DNA of 64,000 bases, taken from assembly GCA_964016885.1 (NCBI GenBank), contig OZ024741.1:281604001-281668000 (forward strand), written 5' to 3'. Both the position numbers and the translations under genes were made by a program. The notes under the pieces were generated by a model, which was given only the letters and a program-made list of their open reading frames with translations, had not been told where the DNA came from and did no database searches. This DNA comes from Eledone cirrhosa (lineage: Eukaryota). This document shows positions 1 to 11,995 of this stretch, in pieces (position 1 is the stretch's first letter; each line of letters begins with the position of its first letter).

Positions 1-68
1 GACTCCGTAAGGATGAAAGGTAAAGTTAACCTCGACGGGATTTGAACTCAGAATGGCAAGGGCCGTAA
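1..68 (-). mobile_element. tRNA-derived SINE fragment (Deu/Nin-domain type), cut by the window edge
   Basis: Reverse complement has B-box GAGTTCAAATCCC followed by CTTTCATCCTTACGG; same family as 56331-56513. Confidence 0.8.
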
Positions 69-171
69 TAATAATATTCTCAAGGGAGCAAAGAACAAAT
101 GAAAAAGCCATATCAACTAAGAAAACACAAAGTAACAACTGAATTCTTTAGCTTTTGAACACATACACACA

Positions 172-380
172 CCATCATACTTCATCTATTTTCCATGCTC
201 GCATGGGTTAGATAAGTTATCCCATTTGAGGCAAGTCAGGTCAAGTGACCGTGTCTTGCTCATACAGAACTATTTCTGGCTTGGTTTCCACAGCTGGATG
301 CCCTTCCTAACACCACCCACATTTACAGTGCTTTTTGTCATGATACCAACATGACCACTTTACGGTGTGGACTGGGGGCT
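172..380 (-). mobile_element. Non-autonomous RTE 3'-tail element
   Basis: CATCAT tail, GCATGGGTTAGA, CAGCTGGATGCCCTTCCTAACACC and a 47-bp unit; matches the 3' UTR of the RTE copies at 4260-4553 and 16085-16384. Confidence 0.75.
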
Positions 381-478
381 TGGGTGAGTGGTGGTGGTGA
401 AGGGGGTGTTAGGGCATGGGAGGTGTATGGAAGTGGGGAGGGAGGATATATATATATATACATATATATACACATACA

Positions 479-625
479 CCAAGCATGGGCAGCCTTTTTC
501 AAGTAATGGGCTGCATAGGATGTGGCTCATCATAAGGTAGCTACACTGCTACAGAAATTCAAGGTAATTTTGAAATTAGGTGTGCCATTCAGAAAGCCAA
601 ACAAGCCACAGTTTGTTCATGGCTG
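479..625. mobile_element. hAT/Charlie-like MITE
   Basis: Degenerate CA(A/G)GCATGGGCA...TTCATGGCTG ends; a related copy lies at 38438-38585 and a fragment at ~42188-42270. Confidence 0.55.
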
Positions 626-635
626 ATATACACAC

Positions 636-815
636 ATCATCATCATAGTGTAATGTCCATCTGTTCATGCTTGCATGGGTTTCATGGGTTGTCACATTAT
701 GAGAGAGGCCAGGTTAGGTAACCATGTCTTACCCATATGAAACTGTTTCTGGCTTGGAATCTATAGCTGGATGCCCTCTCTAATGCTAATCATGTTACAG
801 GGTGGACTGGCTGTT
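636..815 (-). mobile_element. Non-autonomous RTE 3'-tail element
   Basis: CATCATCATC tail and CTATAGCTGGATGCCCTC motif; flanked by (TA)n. Confidence 0.7.
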
Positions 816-845
816 TATATATATATATATATATATATATAAACA

Positions 846-1182
846 CAGATTCACAATCTTTTATCCAAAATTCTGAAAAGCTCCAAAGACCAAACATTTT
901 TCCAGGATGTCTTCTGCACACCAAAACTTGCGTTAGGCACCAAACTTGACCCGAAACAACCCACAATCAACCCAGGCCAGGCAGTTGTGTCTCAGAGCTC
1001 CTCTCAGTCAAACACACGTTGCCTCTGCTGCTCACAGAAATTTTGTTAATTTTTTGCTGAGCCACCCTGTCCCCTGTAATGTTTTATCTAAAAAAACTTT
1101 AAAATTTACACAAAAAATCTTCCATTCCGAAATCCGAAAAGTATCTGGTCCCAAGGTTTTCGGATAAGAGATTGTGAACCTG
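846..1182. mobile_element. Tigger/pogo-like MITE
   Basis: TIRs CAGATTCACAATCTTTTATCC / GGATAAGAGATTGTGAACCTG (19/21 match), TA on the right flank; resembles Tigger4/MER46-type termini. Confidence 0.75.
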
Positions 1183-1709
1183 TATGTATGTACACACACA
1201 CACTGAAATTGTCACGACTATGAAATATAGGTTAAAATAACTAACATCATCACCAGAAATAGCTATCATAAAACATTCAGGTATTTAAGCCCAGCTAAAT
1301 TTCAGCTTTACTCTCTTCTCTGCCTTGTTCATTCGTGCTCTTTTCTCGCCCAGACACTGGACAAGAGACTTCGGTTGTGACAGTCACTGATAATTGGTGC
1401 TGCTAAGTTAGCCACTCACCCTAGTGCTATCTAATCTCAACTAATATCTCCACATTCACACATTATTTCACAAATTCCAACCTTTCACCACAAAATGCTT
1501 GTATCTATTAACACTACATTTAACAACCTGTTGCTGAAATACTGTTATATGAATAGAAACTGTTTCCTTGGTCCGATTTGAGAAATCCCACCTCACTCAG
1601 TAAGTGAATGAGGTCCGAGATCTTGTCACTCAAGTCAATCAATCAATGTATATATATATGTATATATATATATATATATATGTTTTTTAAGCTTCATATC
1701 ATGTCTCCC

Positions 1710-1780
1710 TATTTTATCTGATGAGAACGCAAATATCATCCCATGATGATATTCGTTTTTGAAATGCGCATAATAAAATA
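1710..1780 (+). ncRNA. Type I hammerhead ribozyme motif with minimal palindromic helix III
   Basis: TATTTTAT-CTGATGA-[stem II including AATATCATC/GATGATATT]-GAA-ATGCGCAT-A-ATAAAATA. Stem I is a perfect 8 bp, the core is intact and the cleavage triplet is AUA. Confidence 0.75.
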
Positions 1781-1808
1781 CATGGAACTTTTTTAACCAT
1801 CTTTTGAT

Positions 1809-1875
<67 letters not shown>

Positions 1876-1977
1876 TTGAGTATGTGTTGGTTAATTACTG
1901 ACACTTCAATATGCAGGGTAGAGCACCCAACGAAGTGTGCAGGGGGGGGGGGCTGTTTACTTCAGAGTAATTAAAAA

Positions 1978-2049
1978 ACAAGACGTGTAATTCAACAGGT
2001 TAAAATTAACTTCAAAGTTAATTTTAACCTGCTGACTTACACGTCTTGT
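1978..2049. repeat. 72-bp near-perfect palindrome
   Basis: 35-bp arms with 2 mismatches around a 2-nt centre. Confidence 0.9.
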
Positions 2050-2130
2050 GTACATCTACACATGCACATATATGTACACACAAACATATACACATTATCT
2101 TAGCTTTCTAGTTTTAATAATTGTTACTTT

Positions 2131-2324
2131 ATAATAATAATAATTGTTTCTACTTTTGGCACAAGGCCAGCAATTATCCCAGTGCATTACTGGTACTTTA
2201 TTTTATTGACCCCATAAGGATGAAAGGCAAGGCTAACCTTGGCAGGATTTGAACTCAGAATGGAAAGGGCCGTAACTATGTGTCAAAGCATGGCGTCTGA
2301 CCCTCTACCGATACTGCCAATCCA
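2131..2324 (-). mobile_element. tRNA-derived Deu/Nin-type SINE
   Basis: A-box TGGCAGTATCGG, B-box GAGTTCAAATCC, GCCTTTCATCCTT core and (ATT)n tail on the minus strand. Confidence 0.85.
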
Positions 2325-2339
2325 TAATAATAATGGTAA

Positions 2340-2489
2340 TGGATTGGCAGTATCGGTAGATAGTCAGACACTATGCTTTGCAGCACAGAGTGATGGCCCT
2401 TTACGTTCTGCGTTCAAATCCTGTCGAGGCTTCCCCTCCCATTCAAATTGCTGGCCATTTAGTGCCTAAAGTAGAAACAATTATTATTA
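2340..2489 (+). mobile_element. Internally deleted SINE of the same family, head-to-head with the previous copy
   Basis: GGATTGGCAGTATCGGTAG ... GCGTTCAAATCC ... AAAGTAGAAACAATTATTATT. Confidence 0.8.
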
Positions 2490-3738
2490 TCCTCATACCA
2501 CTTGTTTACATTGAGTGTGTGTTATTACAGCTTCTGAGTTCTATCACTTCTTAACAGTCTCTTAGGAAATTATTGCCAGATATTGTGAGTAAAGTATTCT
2601 ACTGTGGTTGTATAAAAGAAATTATCCAAAATTCTGGCCCTAAGAGCCAGATTTTCTAGTTAAACATGTTTTGTCAGAGTGTTTTTTTTTTTTAAAATAG
2701 CATCAAATTTGAATCTGACAAACAATGTGGTGGGGAGGGCGAGAAGCCACCAGCTTTGACTTTCTCTCTTGGGCCTCAATAGTAGCCATTTTCCACTGTC
2801 CTGACAGTGGCTGTCACCACTTCCACTATCATCAATGCTAAAATAACAAAAGCTAAGACTCGCAACTAGAAAAAAGAAAATACCAAAATGAAAACTTTTC
2901 TTTTTTAAACACTAGGAAAATACACAGTTTGATAAACTTATATTATTCTCATTGAATGATATGATATTATAATATATAATATATAATTGTGGACTGGCTG
3001 TTTGGTTAAGTCAGCTCTACAACCATGTAATTTTGAATTGAGGCCAACCAATATTTTTTTAGTCAATATGGAATATTTGACCTTCTGCATTCAGACAACT
3101 TCACACACATCTAAGGGTTAATCCGTCTCATGGTGCCAGCGGATAGAATGGAGGAGACGTTATCCTGGAGGATGACGAGGGGGACACATCAAAATAGTGG
3201 TTTCAATTTGCAGAGCTTGCTTCTGTGGGTAGCCAACTCAGCTTTGATATCAGCGAGTGTTTATACACACATTTTCTCTCGGTTTTGATTAAAAACCCTG
3301 TACTGTTTGCAAAGATGTTTTCATAGTATACTTCAGCTGCTTAGTGCACAATTGGAAAAGACAAGATAATATACAAACTGCATCCAGTGTTTCTCCTGAT
3401 ACACATTTACCGGATGCTTTTTACAAAATTTCTTTTTCCTCTATTTCACCATTTCGATAAAATTCACAAAATATATACCAATCTTTAAAAATAGCAACCT
3501 ACTTTAAGATCACTGATCATTTTACTTTCTTTTTTTTTCCTTTTCTAGACACTTTGAAAGACCTTCTCAAGCTATCAAATTGAAGCAATTCAGGTCAGCA
3601 GTTAAAAATTCCTGCAATCTTATATAGTGCAACAGACTTTTAATTCAATCTGGTATGATTTACAGTTATAACTTGGGATATAACAAAAATTTGGTGCCAA
3701 TTCCAGCATTGTTAACCCAATTATTATCAGGTTTCTAA

Positions 3739-4553
3739 TAAGAACGGGATGGAAGAAGTTTAGGGAACTACTACCACTGCTAGCTGCAAAAGGCTTCTCC
3801 CTCAGAATGAAAGGCAGACTGTATGATGCGTGTATCCGAACAGCGATGTTGCATGGTAGTGAGACCTGGGCGCTGAAGGTGGAAGACTTACGTAGATTAG
3901 AGAGAAACGAAGCCTGCATGCTCCGATGGATGTGTAACAGTAATATACGTGAACGACAAAGCATAAATGAATTGAGAGAGAGACTGAGCATAAGAGGAAT
4001 CAAATGCTGTGTGCAGGAGAGGCGGTTGCGCTGGTATGGACATGTGATGCGTATGAAGGATGACAGCTGCATAAAAAGGTGCAGAGCACTAGAAGTTGAT
4101 GGAAACCGCGGAGTGGGGAGACCCAAGATGACCTGGGATGAGGTGATAAAAGCCGACTTTACCCAATTACACCTCTCAAAGACAATGACACACGACCGTG
4201 ACTTCTGGCGTCACGCAGTAATACAGAGTACCCGACCTCCCATGGGTACATGCTGAAGCATATAAACAATATGCCCCCACACCCCCCACCGCAAGGTGGT
4301 CGTGGAGGTGCCACGGCAAAAAAGCGCCCAGCCCACACTGTAAAGTGGACGTGTAGGCGCCACGAAAAAGCACCCAGCACTCACTGTAAATGAGGTTGGT
4401 GTTAGGAAGGGCATCCAGCTGTAGAAATCAAGCCAGACCAGTTCCTGTATGAGCAAGGCATGGTCAGCCGACCAGACACTGCACACAACAGGACAACCCG
4501 TCTAACCCATGCTAGCGTGGAAGAACGGACGTAAAACGGTGATGATGATGATG
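3739..4553 (+). mobile_element. 5'-truncated RTE-clade LINE (C-terminal ORF part, 3' UTR, (GAT)n tail)
   Basis: ORF 3807-4256 contains GSETW, RRLRWYGHV and RGVGRPKMTW; nearly identical to 15565-16384. Confidence 0.92.
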
Positions 4554-4686
4554 TATGGGCTTCAAATAATTTTGAAAATAATTTGGAGAAATTTAGGAAT
4601 ATAACAAAGGTCCTTACACAAGTGTTTATTGATCTATAGCTACAACCAGAAAACAGATTAATTAACACAAAATTCTCATAATATAT

Positions 4687-7600
4687 ATCATCATCATCGT
4701 TTAACGTCCATCTTCCACGCTTGCCATGGGTTTGGACGGGAGTTTTCCCACTTGAGGCAAGATTGGTTGTCCTGCTCGTATAGGACTGTCTGGCGGGTTT
4801 TCTACGGCTGGATGCCCTTCCTAACACCAACCACGTTTACAGTGTGGACTGGGAGGTTTTTACCGTGTTACCTACACAGACACATTACAGCGCGGACTGT
4901 GTTTTTTTTTGTCGTGATACCTACACGACCTCATTTGTTTCGGACTGGATGTTGTGGTACCAACATAACTTCACATTTAGGGAGGAGGGGGGTGTAGTAG
5001 GACGGGGGAGGGGGTATTTTGTTAGAGGTGCCTACTGACTGTAGGTTTCGCTTTGTACTTAGGCAAGGCGGGTCTTCTGTATGACTGTGTAGCACCAAAG
5101 ATCTCGGTCCAGTGACATTGTCTTGGAGAGGTGTAAGTGTGTGAGGTCGGAATTTATCAAGTTGCCCCAGGTTTTTCTGGGTCTGCCTACTCCGTGGCTA
5201 CCGTCTATTTTTATCGCCCTGCACTTTTTTATACAGCTGTCGTCTTTCATGCGCATCACGTGACCATACCAACGTAGTCTTCTCTCGAGTAAACAACATC
5301 TGATCCCTCTTATTCCTAATTTCTCCCTTAGTTCGTTTATGCTTTGCCGTTCACGTATATTACTATTACACATCCAGTGGAGCATGCAAGCTTCGTTTCT
5401 CTCCAGTCTGCATATATCCTCTGCACACAATGCCCAGGTCTCACTGCCATGTAATATTGCTGTTCGTATGCAGGCATCATACAGCCTGCCTTTCATTTTT
5501 AGATAGAATCCTTTAGCGGCCAATAGTGGTATAAGCTCTCTGAACTTTTTCCATCCCGTTCTGACTCTAGCTACTGTACTTTCAGAGCACCCTCCCCCAC
5601 TGCTGATTTTATCACCCAGGTAACGGAAGGTGTCCACTATTTCTATAGAACCATCTGTGCAATGGAATGAGCTAGTATTCTGTAGGCACTTGCTGCTACT
5701 TATTGCACCAGAGCACCGACCACATATAAAATCTATATTCTTAGTTAGCTTACCTGTGATCCCACTACATCTTTTATGCACCCATACTTTGCATTTGGGA
5801 CATAAAATGGAGTTTCTGCCTACTCCTTTCCTACACACTGAGCATGGCCATTTCCCAGATGGGACCGGTGCCCTATTTTCCTTCCTACAAACTAGAACTT
5901 TAGTCTTAGACAAGTTAACTTTAAGGCCTTTTGATTCTAGGCCATTCTTCCATGTTTGGAATTTCTTCTCTAGTTCAGCCATTGAAACAGCTATGAGCGT
6001 TAGATCATCTGCATATAAGAGTTCCCATGCCAGTCTTGAACTCCTCTGTTATAGTCTGAAGGGTAATAATAAATAGTAGGGGGCTAAGAACGGAGCCCTG
6101 ATGAACACCAACTTTTCCGCTAAACTCTTCACTATATTTGTTGTTAATTCTAACCTTGCTGACTGTTTCTTTATACATGGCTTGTATAGCTCTCACAAGC
6201 CATTCATCAACACCTAGTTTTCTAAGCGCCCACCAGATAATGGAGCGGGGAATTATGTCAAAGGCTTTCTCCAAGTCAACAAAAGCTAAGTATAGGGGTT
6301 TACTTTTAGCTAGGTACTTCTCCTGTAGTTGCTGTACAATGAAAATAGCGTCTGTGGTACTTTTACCTGACACAAACCAGAACTGCATTTCATCTAGATC
6401 AATTCGTTCTCCGATTAGTTGCGCTATAACTTTTTCCGTGACCTTCATGACCTGGTTGATTAATTTAATGCCTCTATAGTTATCCCTATCAAGAGCATCT
6501 CCTTTACCCTTGTAGCAGTTAATGATGATGCTGCTACGCCAGTCCTTCGGAACGGCCCCATTCTGTATGACTTGGTTTACTATCCGGATGACCATAGTGT
6601 GTCCCACCGTTCCAGATGCTTTCAGCATTTCAGCAACTATTTCCGAAGGCCCAGCCGCCTTACCCGTCTTCATATCTTTGATTGCCTTACTTCAACTAGC
6701 ACTGCTGGTCCCTCTATTGGATCGATGTGGGGGAGACTGTCTTTCTCCCATTTATTCTCCTCATTTAGTAGCCTTTCGTAGTGACACTTCCAAGCTACCT
6801 TCTTATCAGCGTCAGTGATAGCAAGTACCCCATCATCATTAAGGACACACTTCTCCCCAACAATATCACGGTTTTCCTTGACACATTGCCTACCAATCCT
6901 GAACACCTCACGTTTTTGGTCCTCGCGTTGTAGAACATGCTTGAACTTTCTTTCCTCTGCTTCTCTTCTTGCGAAGTACACTTGTCTCCTAGCTTCCCTC
7001 CTTGATAGTCTTCTCTACTTCCCCCATCCTGGCATACTTTCCAAGCCTGCTTTTTGGCCTTAATTGACTCCTCCACCTTACTGTTCCACCACCACATTAC
7101 TCTCCTCCTGCCTATAGGCCTGCTCCAGCCACAGACTTCATCTGCCGCCTTCAGCAGGTTAGCTTTCAGGAATTCCCACTGTTCCTCTATATTGTACGAC
7201 TAATTGCTCTTCCTTACTGTCGAAAGCATCAAGTAATATGCTTTTAAATTTATTACTGGCTGTGGGGTCCTTTAGCTTCCATTATTTTCTCCTGAGGATA
7301 GTCCTCCTCTGTTGTCGAGTATGTCTTGTCCTAACTATGAGTCTATGTTGGGAAGTGCATTCTTCATGGGGGAGGATTTAGTGTTTACAACAGACACTCT
7401 ATCACGTCTTCTGGTAAGGATATAATCTATCTGACTGGCGTGTTCCCCTGATCTATAGGTGATCAAGTGATTGTTTCGTTTTTTGAAGTTAGTGTTACAG
7501 ATAGTTAGGTTATTTGTGTTGCAAAATTCCAGGATTCTGGAGCCTTCCTCATTTCTAGTACCAAACCCATAGCCTCCATGGATTCCGTCATAGCCGTCAC

Positions 7601-8675
7601 AATGTTGTCCAACGTGACCATTTAGGTCGCCAGCAATAATTATGTAGTCACTGTCGGTTATTTGGGAGGTAGTGAGCATCAATGTCTCATAGAATCTGTC
7701 TTTTATAGCGCCAGGCAGTCCGGATTGGGGTGCATACGCAGATATTACTGTCACCGTAGTTCTATTTAGGACAAGTCTTATTTTAATTATTCTGTCGTTC
7801 ACTCTATTTACGTCTATTATCTTATCTACCCATTTTGCTGCTAAAATGATTCCTACCCCACCCAGCCCATTTTCATTTCCCACCCAGAAAAGCTTATAGC
7901 ATCGTTTTTTACCCACAATGAATCTAGCAGACCCACCCCTCCACCTGGTCTCTTGGATACAGCAAACATCAACCTCCTTATGTTCAAGCATTTCTACAAC
8001 CTCGTTAGAGCGACCTTTTAAGATACCTACATACATGGTACCAACTCTGAAGTTTTGGATTGCGTTTGGTGGGTGGGAACGGTGGGGTGCGGGGAGGGGT
8101 GAGGGAGATGGGTTGGGGTTATGTTGGCAATCCGCGGCCGAAACAAAGAGAAGGAGTCCTTGTCTTTTCGTCCGGCAGCATGTGGTGAATTTGTCTTTAT
8201 CTTTGACAATGTTACTGAGTGTCCAGAATTTTCAGACTCTCCAGAATTCCTTAGTCCATCCATCATATCGGCAAGCAACCAGAAGTGATAGCATAGGCCG
8301 CTGACTTATGATTGGTCCTAATAATAATGGTAGAGAGTGGGGGCGGGTGGGACGGGTATGGGGAAGTTAGTGAGAGGGTTTAAATGAAATCTTCGAATTT
8401 TAGGCATATTACAGTAATAATAAGCGAATAATGGGGTTTTAAAATACAAGAAGATTATTTAGAAACAACCAGACAGAATTATAGAATAGCATTGAGAGAG
8501 AGCAAAAGATTGGATTCTGGGCGATGATACGGATATATGAATGAATGGACCGATAGGCTGGAGAGAGATAAGAAAAATGGCATTTACATTACACTTCGCA
8601 GGGGACGACGAGGTCTGACCATTAATAAATGTTGACAAATTCTGAGATTCGTACCTCGTAACAGGTTTATTTATA
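4687..8675 (-). mobile_element. Near full-length but frameshifted RTE-clade LINE (APE endonuclease, RT, PHD finger)
   Basis: APE motifs IQETRW, SAYAPQ, GDLNGH, QIDY (7335-8036); RT motifs NYRGI, FVDLEKAFD, GVHQGSVLSP (6005-6673); C4HC3 finger and RRLRWYGHV (5059-5982); (CAT)n tail at 4687-4698. The 5' boundary is approximate. Confidence 0.93.
5059..8278 (-). pseudogene. Disrupted RTE APE-RT polyprotein
   Basis: Successive ORF fragments 8027-8278, 7335-8036, 6795-7097, 6670-6981, 6005-6673 and 5059-5982 join through frameshifts. Confidence 0.88.
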
Positions 8676-8677
8676 AT

Positions 8678-8748
8678 ATGTGTGCGTATATATATATATG
8701 TGTGTGTGTATGTATGTATGTATATGTGTGTGTGTGTATGTATGTATA

Positions 8749-8778
<30 letters not shown>
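8678..8778. repeat. (TG)n/(TA)n/(TATG)n compound microsatellite
   Basis: Directly visible. Confidence 0.95.
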
Positions 8779-8779
<1 letters not shown>

Positions 8780-9055
8780 CTTGAAAGTGATTTAAATAAA
8801 TAAAGTAAGATGCTAGTTTATTAGAAGTATTGTTAAAATGCAAGCAAAAGATGGATGAAAGATCTTAGACAGCTGAAGAAAGAGAAAAATCATTTTACTC
8901 AACACTTCATGTTTGATAAGTGCTACTTTTGAAATAAAAGTTTTGCATTGAATATTAACTGCAAACAATACCTTATAAGGCTACATACATATATAACGAT
9001 TTTCTTTTTTCCCCTTCAGCATAAATACTACTCTTGTATGCAGGAATACATTTAA

Positions 9056-9276
9056 CCCTTTAGCATTTAAACCAGCTATATCTGGTCAGAATTCTCTTAC
9101 CTCTTTCTGTTCAAACCGGTTGTAACCGGCCACTCATACTGATGTTAAGGTATTGTTCTCAAAATAAATAGTATCAAAATCTCATCGATTCGATATTATG
9201 TAAGATAATTATGTAAGGTCAAGACTTTACCATGTAAATATGATAGTAAATATAGAGTAATGTAAATGCTAAAGGG
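9056..9276. mobile_element. 221-bp piggyBac-like MITE
   Basis: TTAA|CCCTTTAGCATTTA ... TAAATGCTAAAGGG|TTAA; other copies at 33666-33875 and 37880-38100. Confidence 0.85.
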
Positions 9277-9624
9277 TTAAATGAATCAAACCCAGTATAT
9301 TAAGGGGAGAGGGGTCTCTTAATCAATTCTACATAAATGATAGATTCTTGCAGCAAAATATATTTTCCAAAGTAACTAGTTACCATATGAGCCAAATCTA
9401 CCATTTTCCATGTGATACATTCTCTTCCTGCTACATGTACTGTGTAACCCAGTACAACCTGCTTCATGGTTGAGTGGTCAGCAACTAAACTGACTCCCCC
9501 AACAGACCCTGGTTTGGTGAGGAGGGTATGTGGAACCCCATCTGCACAAAACACAAGAGCTGTAAAAAGGGTGGCCATCTACCCCCAACTATGGTTTAAA
9601 TAGCCTCACCAGGAGGGAGTCATT

Positions 9625-9805
9625 AGAGTGGTGGAGAAATGTTTCAAAGTATTTGTTCTGGCTTTTTACATTCTGGGTTCAAATTTTGTTGAGGTCAATT
9701 TTGCCTTTCATCCTTTCAAGGTTGATAAAATGTAAATAGCAGTAAAGTGAACTCTCCCCTTCTTCAGATTGCTGGTCTTGTGCCAATGTTGGAAAGAATT
9801 ATTAT
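9625..9805 (+). mobile_element. Old Deu/Nin-type SINE
   Basis: GGGTTCAAATT ... TTTGCCTTTCATCCTTTCAAGGTTGATAAAA. Confidence 0.7.
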
Positions 9806-10087
9806 TTTTTCAATAAATATATTAAAAAGAAAGTACGCAAGACAATGCTATTAAATTGATTTCCATATTTTGCTAAACTTTTGTTATAAATATTAACCAT
9901 TTGGAACTGTGAAATAAAGCCTCCTATTTTAAAGGTTTCCTATGTAAATTAAAATCTTCCAACATAATTTTATATAAGAACCACAAAAATGCTGACTTTG
10001 TGCAAAAATCACTATGGGGAAGCAAGTAAGGAAAGTTGTAGTTCAGTAATATGAAGGGGACTGCCAAGAGAAAAACACAGACAGCAC

Positions 10088-10390
10088 ATCATCATCACTT
10101 TTCCACATTGGCATGGTTTGATGATTCATAATGATCAAAGACAAGAATGTTTGGCATGGTTTCCACCACTGGATACCCTTCCTAATGCCAACCACTTTAC
10201 AGCATGTACTGGATACCTTTTATTGTGACTCCAACACTAGAGAGTTTTTCATGCACTTGGCAAGATTGAAGAGTTCTTTCTACCTTGTCTTTGTCCCTGT
10301 TTAATTTCCAACCACTTAATAGTGTATTAAGTGCCTTTTATCATAGCACCAACATTAGACAGTTTGTCATGCATTTCACAAGCCTGAAGA
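10088..10390 (-). mobile_element. Old RTE 3'-tail element with an internal duplication
   Basis: CATCATCATC tail and CTGGATACCCTTCCTAATGCCAACCACTTTACAG; the unit repeats at ~10307-10390. Confidence 0.6.
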
Positions 10391-11395
10391 GTCTTCTTTA
10401 TCCAGTATTGTCTCCATTCAATTGCCAACAGCTCACTGTGTAGAAATTGCAACACAATGACAGATTTGGAATTTGAAAGTGGTTAGAAGCTAAAGTAGTT
10501 TCTAAAATGGCTGCAAAACCTTTTGCAAGGTGGGGTGAGAGGTGGGGTGGCTGAGCAAATTTAGCTAAAGTAGTGATAACTATGATAATGTAACTAAGTA
10601 TAAAGCTTTCTAGCAGAAAGTAGTATCAGTTTGGATTAGAATGATGTAGACAATTATAGAGAAAGAGAACATTTTAGGAAATGCTCTATATGAAAGATAT
10701 TTTTACCCGGGTAGTTTGTTAATCTGTGAAGCTGAACAGAGCTACATTAAATGTATACAATTGCTTGTTGGCTACAATTCATTATTGATTACTGAAAAAC
10801 AAGTTCTAAAAATACAGTTCTACTTTTGTCTATATGTAGACTAGTTTCGAAAAACAACTTTTACTCTGTGTCAAATCAACTCAAAGACAGAAAATAATTT
10901 TCTTTTCTTCCACTATCAATAAGCCAATAAAGTAAGAATTCTAAAACCAACTGAACATATTTATCGTTCAATTTCAATTAATTTCCTTAAATTATCAGGA
11001 AGATGCATAAAAAAAAATCAGTTGATTTCAGTAAAAGCTCATTAAGTTAGATTAAATAAAAAAATTTAAAAGCAACAAAAAACAAACAAACAAAACAAAA
11101 CAAAATCCAAACCAAACAAAGAGATAGTGAGCTTCATATAGTTAATAGGAATATTAGAAACATGACTAGACAAAACCTCCTTATTAATTTGATGTCATTA
11201 AGCTAAATATATAGATAATGATAATGATCTAGCCTGCACTGAAAATAAAACAACAATAAATTGAAACAACTCCTTACAATTAATGATAGTTTAGTATAAT
11301 GCAATAGATTAATAGATTTTCTTCTTACATTCAATTCTCTTTCTAGCATTCATAAATAGAAAATCATTAAGGAAGAGCAAGTAAAATAAGAATAC

Positions 11396-11660
11396 CTTCT
11401 TCTTCGCCCACTTATTTCTGAGAGGGTCGGGTGGAGCAGAGTCTTCAGACAAGCCTTACAGAGTCTTCAGACAAATCATATTGAAAGCAACTATATCCAA
11501 ATGATCTGGCAGGATCCGCAAATAAGACCAACCAAGGTTATGAATGTTATACAACCATCGTGCTCATGATCTCCCTCTGGATCTCCAACTGGTTGGCTTT
11601 GCCTGTAAATTTTTTTCCTGCAATTCTTTCATGAGACATTCTAGCCACACATGGAGGAAA
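11396..11660 (-). mobile_element. Rex3/Expander-like RTE 3' fragment
   Basis: Similar to 36720-37243; decayed KPTSWRSRGR-like coding and a (GAA)n tail. Confidence 0.55.
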
Positions 11661-11779
11661 TATTTTTTTTAAAGTACCCTATATACCCATGTTTATAAGT
11701 CGAAAGCAACCTTACTTCCATTAATCAAAATTGCCACAGAAATGACAAACAGATCTTCAGTGCTTGGTCCACAAAGAGG

Positions 11780-11995
11780 CCACTCAGGGTCTCCCTAAAA
11801 TGGAAGCCAGAAGGAGAGCATAGGAAACGAAGCAGACTTGTGAAGACCTGGTGAGGCCAATGGAGGAAGATCTAGAAGATATGAGCTTGGTTTGGGAGCA
11901 GGCTCGTGATAAGTCTTGCAACTATGCAGAATGGAGATCTCTTGTCACCCAATGCTCCATAGGAAGCAAAAGAAACTAAAGAAGAAAGAAGAATA
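11780..11995 (+). mobile_element. RTE/BovB-like 3' fragment
   Basis: Decayed translation W-K-P-E-G...KTW...DL...W; ends in an AAGAAG tail. Confidence 0.55.

Noticed and set aside
3100-3300. GC-richer island as a coding exon
   Set aside because: Stops in all three minus frames after the candidate acceptor, and no recognisable motif.
5630-7063. Plus-strand ORFs opposite the RTE (also 14834-15466 on the minus strand)
   Set aside because: Antisense shadows of LINE coding sequence with no recognisable domains.
8595-8665. HDV-like ribozyme at the RTE 5' end
   Set aside because: RTE 5' UTRs can carry them and an ACGAGGT/ACCTCGT helix is present, but I could not build the nested double pseudoknot by eye.
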